NCBI GenBank assembly: GCA_965140785.1
Contig: OZ223497.1
Span: forward strand, 224,001 to 288,000
Direction of reading: 5' to 3'
Source: an uncultured Ruficoccus sp.
GTDB lineage: Bacteria; Verrucomicrobiota; Verrucomicrobiia; Opitutales; Cerasicoccaceae
DNA: 64,000 nt
The notes beneath the pieces were generated by a model. That model searched no databases. It was not told the origin of the DNA and was given only the letters and a program-made list of their open reading frames with translations. The number at the start of each line of letters is the position of its first letter. Within the stretch, counting starts at the first letter, position 1. The position numbers and the translations under genes are program-made. Positions 36,922-47,200 of this stretch are shown piece after piece.

Positions 36922-37950
36922 ATGGCCAGGCGCGTCACTCTGAAGGATATTGCGAAAAAGGCTGGTGTGCATTTCACAACGGTTTCTCTGGCGCTCAAGA
37001 ACGACCCCCGGTTACCGCAGAAGACTCGGGATCGCCTTCGGAAAATAGCCGAGGAAATGGGCTATACCCCAGATGCCGCACTGAAAGCTCTTTCCGCCTA
37101 CCGGCAGGCCAGCCGTTCCCATCCGATCCAGAGCGCGCTGGCCTATCTGACCGATATGCCGAGATCGCATCCCCTGGCGGACCATATTTATACGAAGTCC
37201 AGGGAGAAGGCCTCCCAATTGGGTTATAATCTGTTGGAGTTCAACCTCGGCAAGTCTGACACCAGCCTGAAGTCCTGCATGAGTGTCTGGTGGAACACAG
37301 GGATCAAGGGCGTGCTTGTCGGTCCTTTTCGTAACCCTGAGTTATTGCTCGACGGGAATTGGGATAAGTGGGTGAGCGTCGCCTACGGATACACCGTGGA
37401 TAACCCTGACTTTAATCGCGTGGTCCCGGACCTTTTTCATAATCTGCTCACGCATCTGAGCATTCTCCGGCAGCGTGGCTACGAGCGGATCGGATTACTG
37501 CTCTACGGTAAATATCGGACAAAGATTTTCGGTCTGCTGCACGGTGCTTATCTGCTTGATCAAGCTCGCAACGGGTCCACCCAGAGTGTCATTTATGTCC
37601 AAGAGGGCGTGAATACACCGAAAAAAATGAAAAGCTGGATACGTAAAGAGTGTCCAGATGTCCTCATCGCTTCGATGGAAGACCACCAAGTCCTGCTCAA
37701 TACGGGGCTGCGCATTCCCGAAGATGTTGGATTTTCCCTCCTGTCGTGGAAAGACTACGAACCTGATAACCCGACCGAGTGGGCGGGTATGAATATTACG
37801 GACGATGTGGTGGCCGCCAATGCGGTTTCTTACCTGGTTTCGCAACTTCACGAAAACGACTTCGGCCTGCCGGAGCGTCCGAAGTGCCTGTTGGTACCGG
37901 GCATCTTTCACGACGGTTCCTCCATCCGTCCGGGGCCGCCCCCGGCGTAG
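36922..37950 (+). CDS. LacI-family transcriptional regulator
   Basis: VTLKDIAKKAGVHFTTVSLALKN HTH; a TTGACA lies upstream at 36885. Confidence 0.9.
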   Translation: MARRVTLKDIAKKAGVHFTTVSLALKNDPRLPQKTRDRLRKIAEEMGYTPDAALKALSAYRQASRSHPIQSALAYLTDMPRSHPLADHIYTKSREKASQLGYNLLEFNLGKSDTSLKSCMSVWWNTGIKGVLVGPFRNPELLLDGNWDKWVSVAYGYTVDNPDFNRVVPDLFHNLLTHLSILRQRGYERIGLLLYGKYRTKIFGLLHGAYLLDQARNGSTQSVIYVQEGVNTPKKMKSWIRKECPDVLIASMEDHQVLLNTGLRIPEDVGFSLLSWKDYEPDNPTEWAGMNITDDVVAANAVSYLVSQLHENDFGLPERPKCLLVPGIFHDGSSIRPGPPPA

Positions 37951-38039
37951 AGAGTGCCTATCAGGAAGGCATGGGGCTGTGACGCCGGATTTTTAGTCCG
38001 TTTTCCAAGGCCCGTGAAGGAGGAAGGGACTGTCCTGCT

Positions 38040-38729
38040 CTATTTCTCGGCATTCCACCACTTCTGCTTGTTCTCCAGCATCTCGTCCATGGTGTAGGCT
38101 CCCGTATGCCCGTCGAAAAAGACGACCGTTGCCTTCCCGTCATAGCGGAAGGCCACGGCATGCTTGGCGTAAACCTCTTCGCCGGGGTAGCGCTTGATGC
38201 CATGCTTGGCCACGATCCAGTCCAGGGCATCGGTGAATGCGATCGTGTTCACCGGGTCCTCGATGGTGGCTACGCTCGCCTGATAGGAGATGCTGGGGTT
38301 GAACCAGTCCGAAAAGCCCAGTGTATTGATGCCGTAGGAGCGGGTGAGGAGCGGTTTTCCGTTCTCGTCCAGCACCCCGGCGTTGGGGGAGAGAAGATTC
38401 AGCGGCCAGTCAGCCCCGGGCGGTATGTTGAGGTGGTCTTTAAAGTCTTGCTGGTCCACCCATCGCTTGGTGAGTCCTTCTTCAGTCATGGTGCGGATGG
38501 GGACATACAGGCCACCATGGTCGAGGGAATACAGACTGTTGGCGGACTGGTATTGCCGGATAATGCTGAGGCTTTTTACCAGTTGGCTGTTGCCTTGGAT
38601 GTTTTGCAGAACCACGCCTACCAGTGTCCCCAAAATGGCGATGATCAGGATGGCACCGAGCAGTTCTATGAGACTGAAGGCTCGGCGCAAACGCAGGGAC
38701 GGTCTGGCTGAATCGGCGGTGAGACGCAT
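38040..38729 (-). CDS. Prepilin-type N-terminal cleavage/methylation domain protein (H-X9-DG-like C-terminus)
   Basis: A|FSLIELLGAILIIAIL, SYGIN, FRYDGKATVVFFDGH. Confidence 0.85.
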   Translation of the reverse strand: MRLTADSARPSLRLRRAFSLIELLGAILIIAILGTLVGVVLQNIQGNSQLVKSLSIIRQYQSANSLYSLDHGGLYVPIRTMTEEGLTKRWVDQQDFKDHLNIPPGADWPLNLLSPNAGVLDENGKPLLTRSYGINTLGFSDWFNPSISYQASVATIEDPVNTIAFTDALDWIVAKHGIKRYPGEEVYAKHAVAFRYDGKATVVFFDGHTGAYTMDEMLENKQKWWNAEK

Positions 38730-38815
38730 GGTACAAGCGGGGGAGCAACAACGGGGCTATCCGTTTTTGATGTCCCTGTCATAGGCTTTCCGCCGAGGAA
38801 ATACAATCCCCAGGA

Positions 38816-38849
38816 CATTCTATCATTAGAATATTCTAATGCTAGAATG
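38816..38849. promoter_or_regulatory. 34-bp near-perfect palindrome made of two tandem ATTCTA-N4-TAGAAT sites
   Basis: CATTCTATCATTAGAATATTCTAATGCTAGAATG (one mismatched pair) between divergent prepilin and PEP-CTERM genes. Confidence 0.7.
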
Positions 38850-38927
38850 GCGTCGAGGTTGCCAGGAAGTCGGGAAGTTCGAAGATACGGGGCAGATATT
38901 CTAACCACCCGAAACTCAATATATCCC

Positions 38928-39821
38928 ATGAATAACGCAAGAACCTCACTGATTAAAATTCTCCTCGGCATTCCCTTCATCGCCGGTTGCCTCGCCTCGG
39001 CCCAAGCGGACGTGGTCTTTCATTACGGAAGCACCGGCTATGTCAGCTCTGACGCTAATTTTCAAAACAAGGCGACCGAAAGCGGTAGCGGTCCCTACGT
39101 CTTTACCCGGTCCTTCAGCGATACCGGTGCCCTCAGCCCCTTTTCCGGCTATAGCGGTCCGGTCTTTTACGGCGGCTACGATTTCTCCAGTTCCACGATC
39201 AATCCAGAAAGTGGCATTTCCCGTCAGCAGGTGCGCAATAATTACGCCGGTGCGGACCAGATTTATCTCAAGTGTACGAACTATCCGGATGGCTGGGCCG
39301 GGAGCGATCTTTCCCTGCATGCGATGTTTCTCTTCAAGCAGGAGAGCTTTAATCCCGGTTTTACCGCAGGTGATATCGGCGTCGACAGTTTCTCGGTCTC
39401 TTGGGGAAGTGTCAATGTGAGCGAGACCTTCGACCTGACGGGGTATTTCAGTGTACAGATCGACGGTGTCTACTATCTTTCGCAGACGACCTTCAATATG
39501 AGCACCGACGGAAGTTTTTCGCTTTCGGATCTGTCTTCGGAACAGTGGGCGGTCTTCGACCCCGAGAGCAGCTTGGACTTCGATCAGGGGTCAGCTGTTT
39601 ACACTAGTCTGGCCTTGGAAAACGTCACCGCTGTCGGAGTTTACTTTGAGGATGATGTGTGGGAGGGAGGCGAATATGACGCTGCCTTCGACTTGGGAAT
39701 CAAGTCGTTCGAAGTGAGCGGAACAACGATTCCCGAGCCTGCGCATATGTCCATCCTGCTGGGCGTGGTGTGCCTCATCGGTCTTCGCCGATTTCGTGCG
39801 CTTAGCCGCCGTCGGCGATAG
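38928..39821 (+). CDS. PEP-CTERM protein
   Basis: Signal peptide; C-terminal IPEPAHMSILLGVVCLIGLRR...RRRR. Confidence 0.85.
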   Translation: MNNARTSLIKILLGIPFIAGCLASAQADVVFHYGSTGYVSSDANFQNKATESGSGPYVFTRSFSDTGALSPFSGYSGPVFYGGYDFSSSTINPESGISRQQVRNNYAGADQIYLKCTNYPDGWAGSDLSLHAMFLFKQESFNPGFTAGDIGVDSFSVSWGSVNVSETFDLTGYFSVQIDGVYYLSQTTFNMSTDGSFSLSDLSSEQWAVFDPESSLDFDQGSAVYTSLALENVTAVGVYFEDDVWEGGEYDAAFDLGIKSFEVSGTTIPEPAHMSILLGVVCLIGLRRFRALSRRRR

Positions 39822-40048
39822 CCTCTTTGCGCCGTCCTCAACGAAATTTTCGTATACACCGGCTTCGGTAAACAGCGCGGGCTTTCGGTTAAAAGCCTGC
39901 AGCATGTCTGCATGCGCCCGGCAAGAGGTATCCATCCCAATGATCAGAGTTTTAGTGGAGTTAGAATATTGAAAAAATCCATGGCCCCCGCAATAGCAAC
40001 CACGCGTTTCCTGCTTATCCGCCTCACCGCGAAAGATTGTCAAACTGA

Positions 40049-40994
40049 ATGAAAAATCCACCTGCAACTTCTGTGCCTCCTGCTTCGAGGATTCCAGAGG
40101 AGGATCGCATCCCGCTCCCCCAGAAGATCACCTTCAGTCTGGGAGGGAAGATGCAGTACATCGCGACGAATTTAAAGATCAACGTGCTGTGGATGCCTTT
40201 CTTCAATATCGGCTTGGGTATCAACCCTGCGCTGCTCGGAGTGGGACTGATGCTGATGCGGGCCTGGGATGCGATTTCTGATCCGGTCATGGGCAATATT
40301 TCCGACAATGCCCGGACTCGATGGGGGAGGAGGCGTCCATTCATGGCGGTCGGAGCAGTCCTGACGGGACTCATCTATCCGTTTCTGTGGGATCCGCCCG
40401 CGGGGTGGGGGGAGTCTGGCATGCTGGCTTACCTGCTGGTGGCCGGACTTTTGTTTGTCAGTTCGTTCACTTGCTGGTCCATGCCTTACTTCGGCATGCA
40501 GTTGGAGTTGACGCCCAACTATGACGAGCGCACCCGGCTGATGGCATGGACGACCCTGTTCGGCAAACTCGTGTCATTGGCCGGCGCATGGGTGATGGCG
40601 ATTCTGGCCAGCCGCTGGTTTGCCGAACAGGTGACCGGCGAGGCCGATATCGTCGCCGGGATGAGGACCTGTCGCTGGTTCATTGGCGGGTTGATCATCG
40701 TGGTGGGGCTCTTGCCGGTCTTCTTCGTCAAGGAGCGCTATTATAAGGCCGAGACGAGCAAGCAAACGCGCGATCCGTTTTGGGCAAGTATCCGTGAATC
40801 GTTTCGCTGTCGGCCCTTATGGTACTTGATTGGGATTTCTTTCTGCAGTCCTGGTCCGGATGAAATGGACCTATATTCTGCTGCCGGTTGTCATTTGGGG
40901 CATCGGTTTGCTCTTTATTCTGATCTATCCCCTCAATCGTACCGGAATGGCGGACATTCACCGGCAACTGGAAGCCCGCCGGGGAAAACTCTAA
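40049..40994 (+). pseudogene. GPH/MFS sugar transporter with internal deletion and frameshift
   Basis: Intact N-half (RAWDAISDPVMGNISDNARTRWGRRRPF, ELTPNYDERT). Near 40843 the sequence jumps to the last helix in another frame: MKWTYILLPVVIW...YPLNR...LEARRGKL* (stop 40992-40994). Confidence 0.75.
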
Positions 40995-41083
40995 AACTCC
41001 TGAATAGACATTCGTAATTACACACCCTTTATCCGCGCACGCGCTGCATGTAAACGAACCGTTCACATAACCCGTTCTCGCAT

Positions 41084-42556
41084 ATGTCAAAAAGACCTCA
41101 CTTCGTGTTTTTCAATCCCGACCAATGGCGCGGAGACGTTATCGGCCATCAAGGTAACCCGGCGGCTTCAACGCCGACTCTGGACCGTCTGGCCCGGACG
41201 GACGCCATCTCCTTCAGCCGGGCGTTTTGCCAGAACCCGGTCTGCACGCCGAGCCGTTGCAGCTTCATGACCGGGTGGTATCCCCATACGCGGGGCAAGC
41301 GTTCGATGACGCACCTGCTGCATGAGAACGAACCGACCATGTTGCATCATCTCAAGGAAGCGGGATGGCATGTCTGGTGGGGGGGCAAAAACGATCTCAC
41401 GACCGATGTGGAGGGTGCCTGTCATGTACGCTACCGCTCACAACCGGCGCATGAGAACCTGCATGTGGATGAGTCGTGGCGTCCCTCTCCGACGGACTTT
41501 TCCATGTTTGCGGGCAGGCTGGAGAAGTACCCGGAGGAAGAATGTTATTTAGACAACGACTGGTGTAACGTGCTCGAAGCCGAACGTGTGATCGCCCGGC
41601 ATACCGGGGACGAACCCCTGTGCCTGTACCTGCCGTTGCAATACCCCCATCCGCCGTACGGGGTGGAGGAGCCCTTCTTCAGTCGTATTGAGCGAGCATC
41701 CCTGCCGCCCCGCATCCGCCCCGAAGACATCGGCCCGGACAAACCGGTCATGCAGGGGTTGATCCGTGAGCGACAGAACCTCGGTCAGCATGGGGAAGCC
41801 TGGTGGGATGAATTACGTGCCACTTATTACGGGATGTGCGCCCGCGTGGATGCACAGTTGGGACGCATTGTGCAGGCGCTCAAGGAGGCCGGGATGTATG
41901 AGGACACGGCGTTGTTCGTTTTCTCCGATCATGGCGACTACACCGGCGATTACGGATTGGTGGAAAAGGCACAAAACCTGTTCGAGGATTGTCTGACGCG
42001 GGTGCCGTTTCTCCTCAAGCCTCCCGCTTCGCACCCTTGTCAGGCTGGTACGCGTCAGGCACTGGTTGAGCTGCTCGACATCCCGGCCACCGTTTACGAA
42101 TTGGGCGGGCTGGCTCCCGAATACACTCATTTTGGCCGCTCCCTGACACACCTGCTTCAGAGTGACGACATGCACCGGGAGGCGGTCTTCTGCGAAGGTG
42201 GCCGCCTGGAAGGCGAGGTCCATTGTACCGAGGTGAGCGCCAATGACTCGACTTCGCTTTACTGGCCGCGTACCTCCATCCAGAAGACGGACGACATCGC
42301 CCATGGCAAGGCTATCATGTGCCGGACCGACAGCTACAAGTATGTCTATCGCCTGAAGGAAAAGGACGAGTTTTATGACTTGGTGCGAGATCCGCGTGAA
42401 TGCCACAATGTCATCGATCTGGATGCTCATGCGCTGGCCATCGCGGACTGCCGTCGGCGTGTGATGAGCTTCCTTGCTGAAACCAGCGATGTCGTGCCGT
42501 GGAAAATGGACCCGCGCGATACCGTTCAAGAGTCCACCGCGCCGTTATGTCCCTGA
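41084..42556 (+). CDS. Sulfatase (Cys-type, S1), no evident signal peptide
   Basis: NPDQWRGD, CTPSRCSFMTG, PHPPY, FSDHG, EFYDL..DP.E. Confidence 0.9.
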   Translation: MSKRPHFVFFNPDQWRGDVIGHQGNPAASTPTLDRLARTDAISFSRAFCQNPVCTPSRCSFMTGWYPHTRGKRSMTHLLHENEPTMLHHLKEAGWHVWWGGKNDLTTDVEGACHVRYRSQPAHENLHVDESWRPSPTDFSMFAGRLEKYPEEECYLDNDWCNVLEAERVIARHTGDEPLCLYLPLQYPHPPYGVEEPFFSRIERASLPPRIRPEDIGPDKPVMQGLIRERQNLGQHGEAWWDELRATYYGMCARVDAQLGRIVQALKEAGMYEDTALFVFSDHGDYTGDYGLVEKAQNLFEDCLTRVPFLLKPPASHPCQAGTRQALVELLDIPATVYELGGLAPEYTHFGRSLTHLLQSDDMHREAVFCEGGRLEGEVHCTEVSANDSTSLYWPRTSIQKTDDIAHGKAIMCRTDSYKYVYRLKEKDEFYDLVRDPRECHNVIDLDAHALAIADCRRRVMSFLAETSDVVPWKMDPRDTVQESTAPLCP

Positions 42557-42662
42557 CGGCCCATCGGGGATTAACATAATGAAATGCTCCCGGCGTTATG
42601 CATGATTATAAATCGGGTATTGCCTGGGCGATGAATCTAAAATTCGACTATTATTTTTCACC

Positions 42663-44180
42663 ATGGTTAAGCTTATCCCTATCGTCATCCTCTTGAATTT
42701 GGTATCCCTGAATGCCGAAGATGCGAAACCGAACGTGCTCTTTATTGCGATTGATGATTTAAGGAATTACGTGGGCTATTTCCCGGACGATCATCCGTCG
42801 GTTCGCACGCCCAACATCGACCGGTTGTCAGCCGAAGGCGTTTCTTTTACCAACGCGTACTGCCAGGCTCCGATGTGCGCGGCCTCCCGAAACAGTCTCA
42901 TGACGGGTTTGCTACCTTCGACCACCGGTGCCTACGGGTTTCAGCAACGGCGTGAAATACCCGGTATGGACGTGGCGACGCTGCCCGAACATTTTCGCAA
43001 TAACGGCTACACCACCATCGGCACGGGCAAGCTGCACCATGGCAAACCTTCCGAGGGGCATGGGCCGGACCCCCAGGAGTGGGACGAATACTGGCCTTCG
43101 GTTGAGCGTCCGCGTATTGCCAGCAGTGGGACTTATGCGAAAAAATACAATCCCTGGGGAAACGTGCAGTGGGGACCCACCATCGAGGGCGAGGAGGTCC
43201 AGGGAGACTATAAACATGCCGAGTGGGCCGTGAAGCGCATTCAAGCCGGAATCGCGCAGCCATTCTTTCTGGGAGTTGGTTTTTTTCATCCGCACCTGCC
43301 GTGGAAGGCGCCACAAGAGTACTTCGACCATTATGCACCTTCTGACCGGCTTTCTCCCGTTCCGCGCAAGGCGGACGACCTTGAGGATGTTCCCGCGGCC
43401 GGTGAGTTCTTTGCCCGGTATATCCATAAAGGACGCTATGGGGTGGAGCGCGTCATCGAAACCCTGGACTGGTATGACGAGGCCCTCCAGGCCTACCTGG
43501 CCAGTGTGGAGCTGGTGGACAAACAGGTTGGCCGGGTTCTGAACGCCCTCGAACAAAGCCCGTATGCCGATAACACGATCGTCGTGCTTTGGAGTGACCA
43601 TGGCTATCTGCTCGGCGAAAAGAAAACATGGACCAAATTCACCCTCTGGCGGGAGGCGGACCGGGTGCCGTTCATCATCGTCGTTCCTGACAAGCTCGCC
43701 GGAAAAATCTGTGACGCACCGGTTCAACTGCTGGACCTTTACCCCACGCTGGTTTCTCTGGCCGGCCTCCCGCAGCCGGAGCATGAGCTGGAGGGACACG
43801 ATATCAGTCCACTGTTGGAGGATCCAAGCGCTTCGTGGCCTTACCCCGCGCTGACCACCGCCGGTGAGAACAATCATGCGATCAGTACGTCGGAGTGGCG
43901 CTATATCCGTTACTTTGATGGCAGCGAAGAGCTGTACGACATCAAGGACGACCCGAGCGAGTGGACAAATCTCGCCCACGATCCGGCCTATGCCCCGATC
44001 AAGCGTAAGCTGGCCCAATTCCTTCCCAAGAGCAATGCCCCCAACGCTCCGGGTACGACTCTGCGGCCTTTTTACGATCGCGGTTATTGGGACATTGAGG
44101 AGCTCAAGGCGCAAACACTCAATGGCTTCGAGGCCGCCTATGAAAGGCACTTGGAAAATGCAAAAGAGACTGCGCAATAA
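42663..44180 (+). CDS. Secreted sulfatase (iduronate-2-sulfatase-like, S1)
   Basis: Signal peptide; PNVLFIAIDDLR, CAASRNSLMTG, GKLHH, WSDHG, ELYD...DP.EWTNLA. Confidence 0.9.
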   Translation: MVKLIPIVILLNLVSLNAEDAKPNVLFIAIDDLRNYVGYFPDDHPSVRTPNIDRLSAEGVSFTNAYCQAPMCAASRNSLMTGLLPSTTGAYGFQQRREIPGMDVATLPEHFRNNGYTTIGTGKLHHGKPSEGHGPDPQEWDEYWPSVERPRIASSGTYAKKYNPWGNVQWGPTIEGEEVQGDYKHAEWAVKRIQAGIAQPFFLGVGFFHPHLPWKAPQEYFDHYAPSDRLSPVPRKADDLEDVPAAGEFFARYIHKGRYGVERVIETLDWYDEALQAYLASVELVDKQVGRVLNALEQSPYADNTIVVLWSDHGYLLGEKKTWTKFTLWREADRVPFIIVVPDKLAGKICDAPVQLLDLYPTLVSLAGLPQPEHELEGHDISPLLEDPSASWPYPALTTAGENNHAISTSEWRYIRYFDGSEELYDIKDDPSEWTNLAHDPAYAPIKRKLAQFLPKSNAPNAPGTTLRPFYDRGYWDIEELKAQTLNGFEAAYERHLENAKETAQ

Positions 44181-44279
44181 TTTATCCTGTATGCATGGTG
44201 AAAACTCCCTCCCTGTATATGCCCAGGCTTGGGGGAAACTGACTTTACCATCACCCATTCGTTGCAAGGAGCATCGTAT

Positions 44280-47200
44280 ATGACCGAAAGAATCTTTAGA
44301 TTACTGATTTTTATCGCCCTCTTCTCCAGCCTGCCAATTCCTGGCATGGGGGGACCGGTGCGGCTTTATGCCGGTGATAATAACCTCGGGGACACGGGTG
44401 CAGTCCCCCCCGCCGGAGAGAAACTTTACTGGGGGCATGAGCCGGTCGAGGAGCTCAGCCGTACGCGTTCACGCCGATGCCTGAATGGCGTGTGGGAGTT
44501 CATCCCAGCCGATAATGCAAGCACCCCGGTAAACGGCTGGGGATACATCCGGGTGCCCGGTGCCTGGAGCACAGTGCTCAAACAGATGCCGGGTGTTGTC
44601 AGGGCCGGAACCGGTCGGGCCTGGGAAGGATTCAGCACGAACAACCGCAGCGCAAGCGCTGCCAATGTTAATTGCGCCTGGTATCGACGGCCCATTACAA
44701 TCCCTGAGGCGTGGAGAGGACGTCGTCTCTTTGTCGATTTTGACCGCGTCTGCACCGATGCGGAGGTCTTTGTGGACGGCGAGAAAGCTGGCGATATTCG
44801 CTGGCCGGGTGGGGTGGTTGAGATTACCGGACTGGTCAGTGCTTCGGAAGAGGCTATGCTGGAGGTGCGGGTCGTCTCGTTCCTGGATAAAACGGAAGCG
44901 ACCGAGTACATGGGGGATGCCTCGAACCATGTCTTTACCAAACAGATAAAACTCGATAATCGCGGACTCACTGGTGATGTATTTCTCATCAGCCGCGAGC
45001 CCGGGGCTTACATTGAGGATGTTTTTATCCAACCCTCCACCCGCCAGAAACAGCTCAAGATTGCTTTTGGTCTGGAGGGCGACGACTTGCCCGCTGCTCT
45101 CCAGGTGCAGGCTTCCTGTGTAAACAGCGAGGGAGTGGTCGAAAAGGAATACTCGCAAACGCTCAGGCTCGTACCGAAAGCCCCGCAGGAGCTTGAGGTT
45201 GTGTTCGACTGGGAAGACCCCGCGCTGTGGGATTTTCTTCAGCCCAACCTGTACACGCTGCGCCTCCGCGTGACCGGCGAGGGTGTGGACGATGAGATTT
45301 CGCAGGTCTTCGGGTTTCGGGAGTTCTGGATCGAGGGACGGAAATTCATGCTCAACGGCAAGGAGTTTCGCCTGCGTCCGCGCAATTGTATCCGTAATTA
45401 CCATGACAGGGAGATTGTATCGACCGAGCGCATGGACGGTGCCATTGACAGTATGATTTCACTGGGTGGCAACATTCAGGAGTTTTGGCCCTGGGACCAC
45501 TACGTGCGGGGTACGACTCGCATGCTCGACTTGTGGTGTGAGCGTGCCGACCGCAAAGGCTGGCCGGTCATGGCTCCCGTGGGAAGCGCCCGCGAGTTCA
45601 TCAGCCAGTGGGACACCGCGGAGAGCGAAAGAAGTGAATGGCTCCGGTTGACCGAGCGGGAGATCAAGCGCCTGCGCAACCATCCCAGCATCTTGATGTG
45701 GATCCACAGTCCCAATCGGCTGGCTCTCCGGTACGACCAGAATCCAACCATCCTCGGCAACCGGGAACGCCTTACCCCGCGGCAGGATCCCGACTACATG
45801 AATCTCCTGCATGGTGCCGAACAGGCCAACGAGGCAATCCGGAGCCTAGATCCGACGCGGCCGGTTACTCTGCACCATGGGGCCGCGGCCGGAGATCTCC
45901 AGACCATCAACAATTACCTGGGTTGGATACCCTTGCAGGAGCAGGAGGAATGGCTCTCTCGCTACATGGCGAGTGGAGACATCCCATACCTGCCGGTGGA
46001 GTTCGGATGGGAAGGCCACCTCGATACCCGGCGGGGACGCAACGGCTGGAGAGGCACGAAAGACTCGGAAAGCCTGATGACGGAGTTCATCGCCTCCTAC
46101 TTCGGACCGGAGGCCTTTCGGGAGGAAGACGCAAAGACACGCTTACTGAACCCCGAGAACTTCAAGCAGGGGCAGGAATACAAGCAGTTCTACCCCCCGC
46201 TGACGCAGTTGAACAATGAGATGCTCTATCTTTTCGCCAAAAACGTTTACCTGAGCTGGCGAACCATGAACGCACCCAGCGCCCCCCTGTACTGGTATTT
46301 GGATTATTTCTGGAAAAAGCCCCAACGTGGTCCCAAGACGGCGCCCCAGCAGGTATGCGGCCCCTTCGAGCCCGGAAAACGCGGCGCCTACGTTCCGGAG
46401 CTTACTCCCTTCGAGCGCTACTATATGACGGAAAAGTCCATGGATCCGACTCCGGCTTCGGCCTTTTTTAAGGAAGCTTTTTCTCCAGTCGTCGCCTGGA
46501 TATGCGCTCCGCAGGTCTCCGGCGATATTGCGGCTTTCACGGCGAAGGATCATCACTTCACGGCGGGAGGCCATATAACAAAAGCGATCGCTTTGCTGAA
46601 CGACACGCGTGAGGAGCAATCGTATGGCTTTACCTGGGAAGCCTTTTTAGGGGAGGAGCTGGTTGCTTCCGGTTCCGGAGACGGGCAGATCAAGGCTTCC
46701 CAGACGTTGTTCCTGCCGCTGGAGTTTCGGGTGCCGTCGATTGACATGCCGCGACAGGATGGATATATCGAACTCAGCGCGACCATCGGCGACCAAACGC
46801 AAACGGACCGGTTCGGTTTTCGGCTCTATCGTCCCGGGCCCGGGGGGCAACCACCCCTCCTGATTTTCGACCCGCTGGGCAAGAGTCAGTCCATGCTGGA
46901 AAAACTCGGCTACTCCCTCAAGCCATGGAAGGGCGATCCGGCGTTGGACACGTTGGTTATTGGACGGGAAGCCTTCTCAAGCGGGGTGGAGCTACCCGGG
47001 AGCCTCGAGGATTTTGTCCGCGCCGGCGGTCGGGTCATCATCATGCAGCAACAGCCGCAATGGCTGGAACAGGCGGCCGGTTTTCGGACGGGGGCTCAAG
47101 TCGTTCGCCGGGTATTTCCCATCCCAGGCGCGGCGGACATGCTGGAGGGAATCGACCGGGAGGACTTACGCGACTGGAGCGGCCATAGTAGTCTTCTGCC

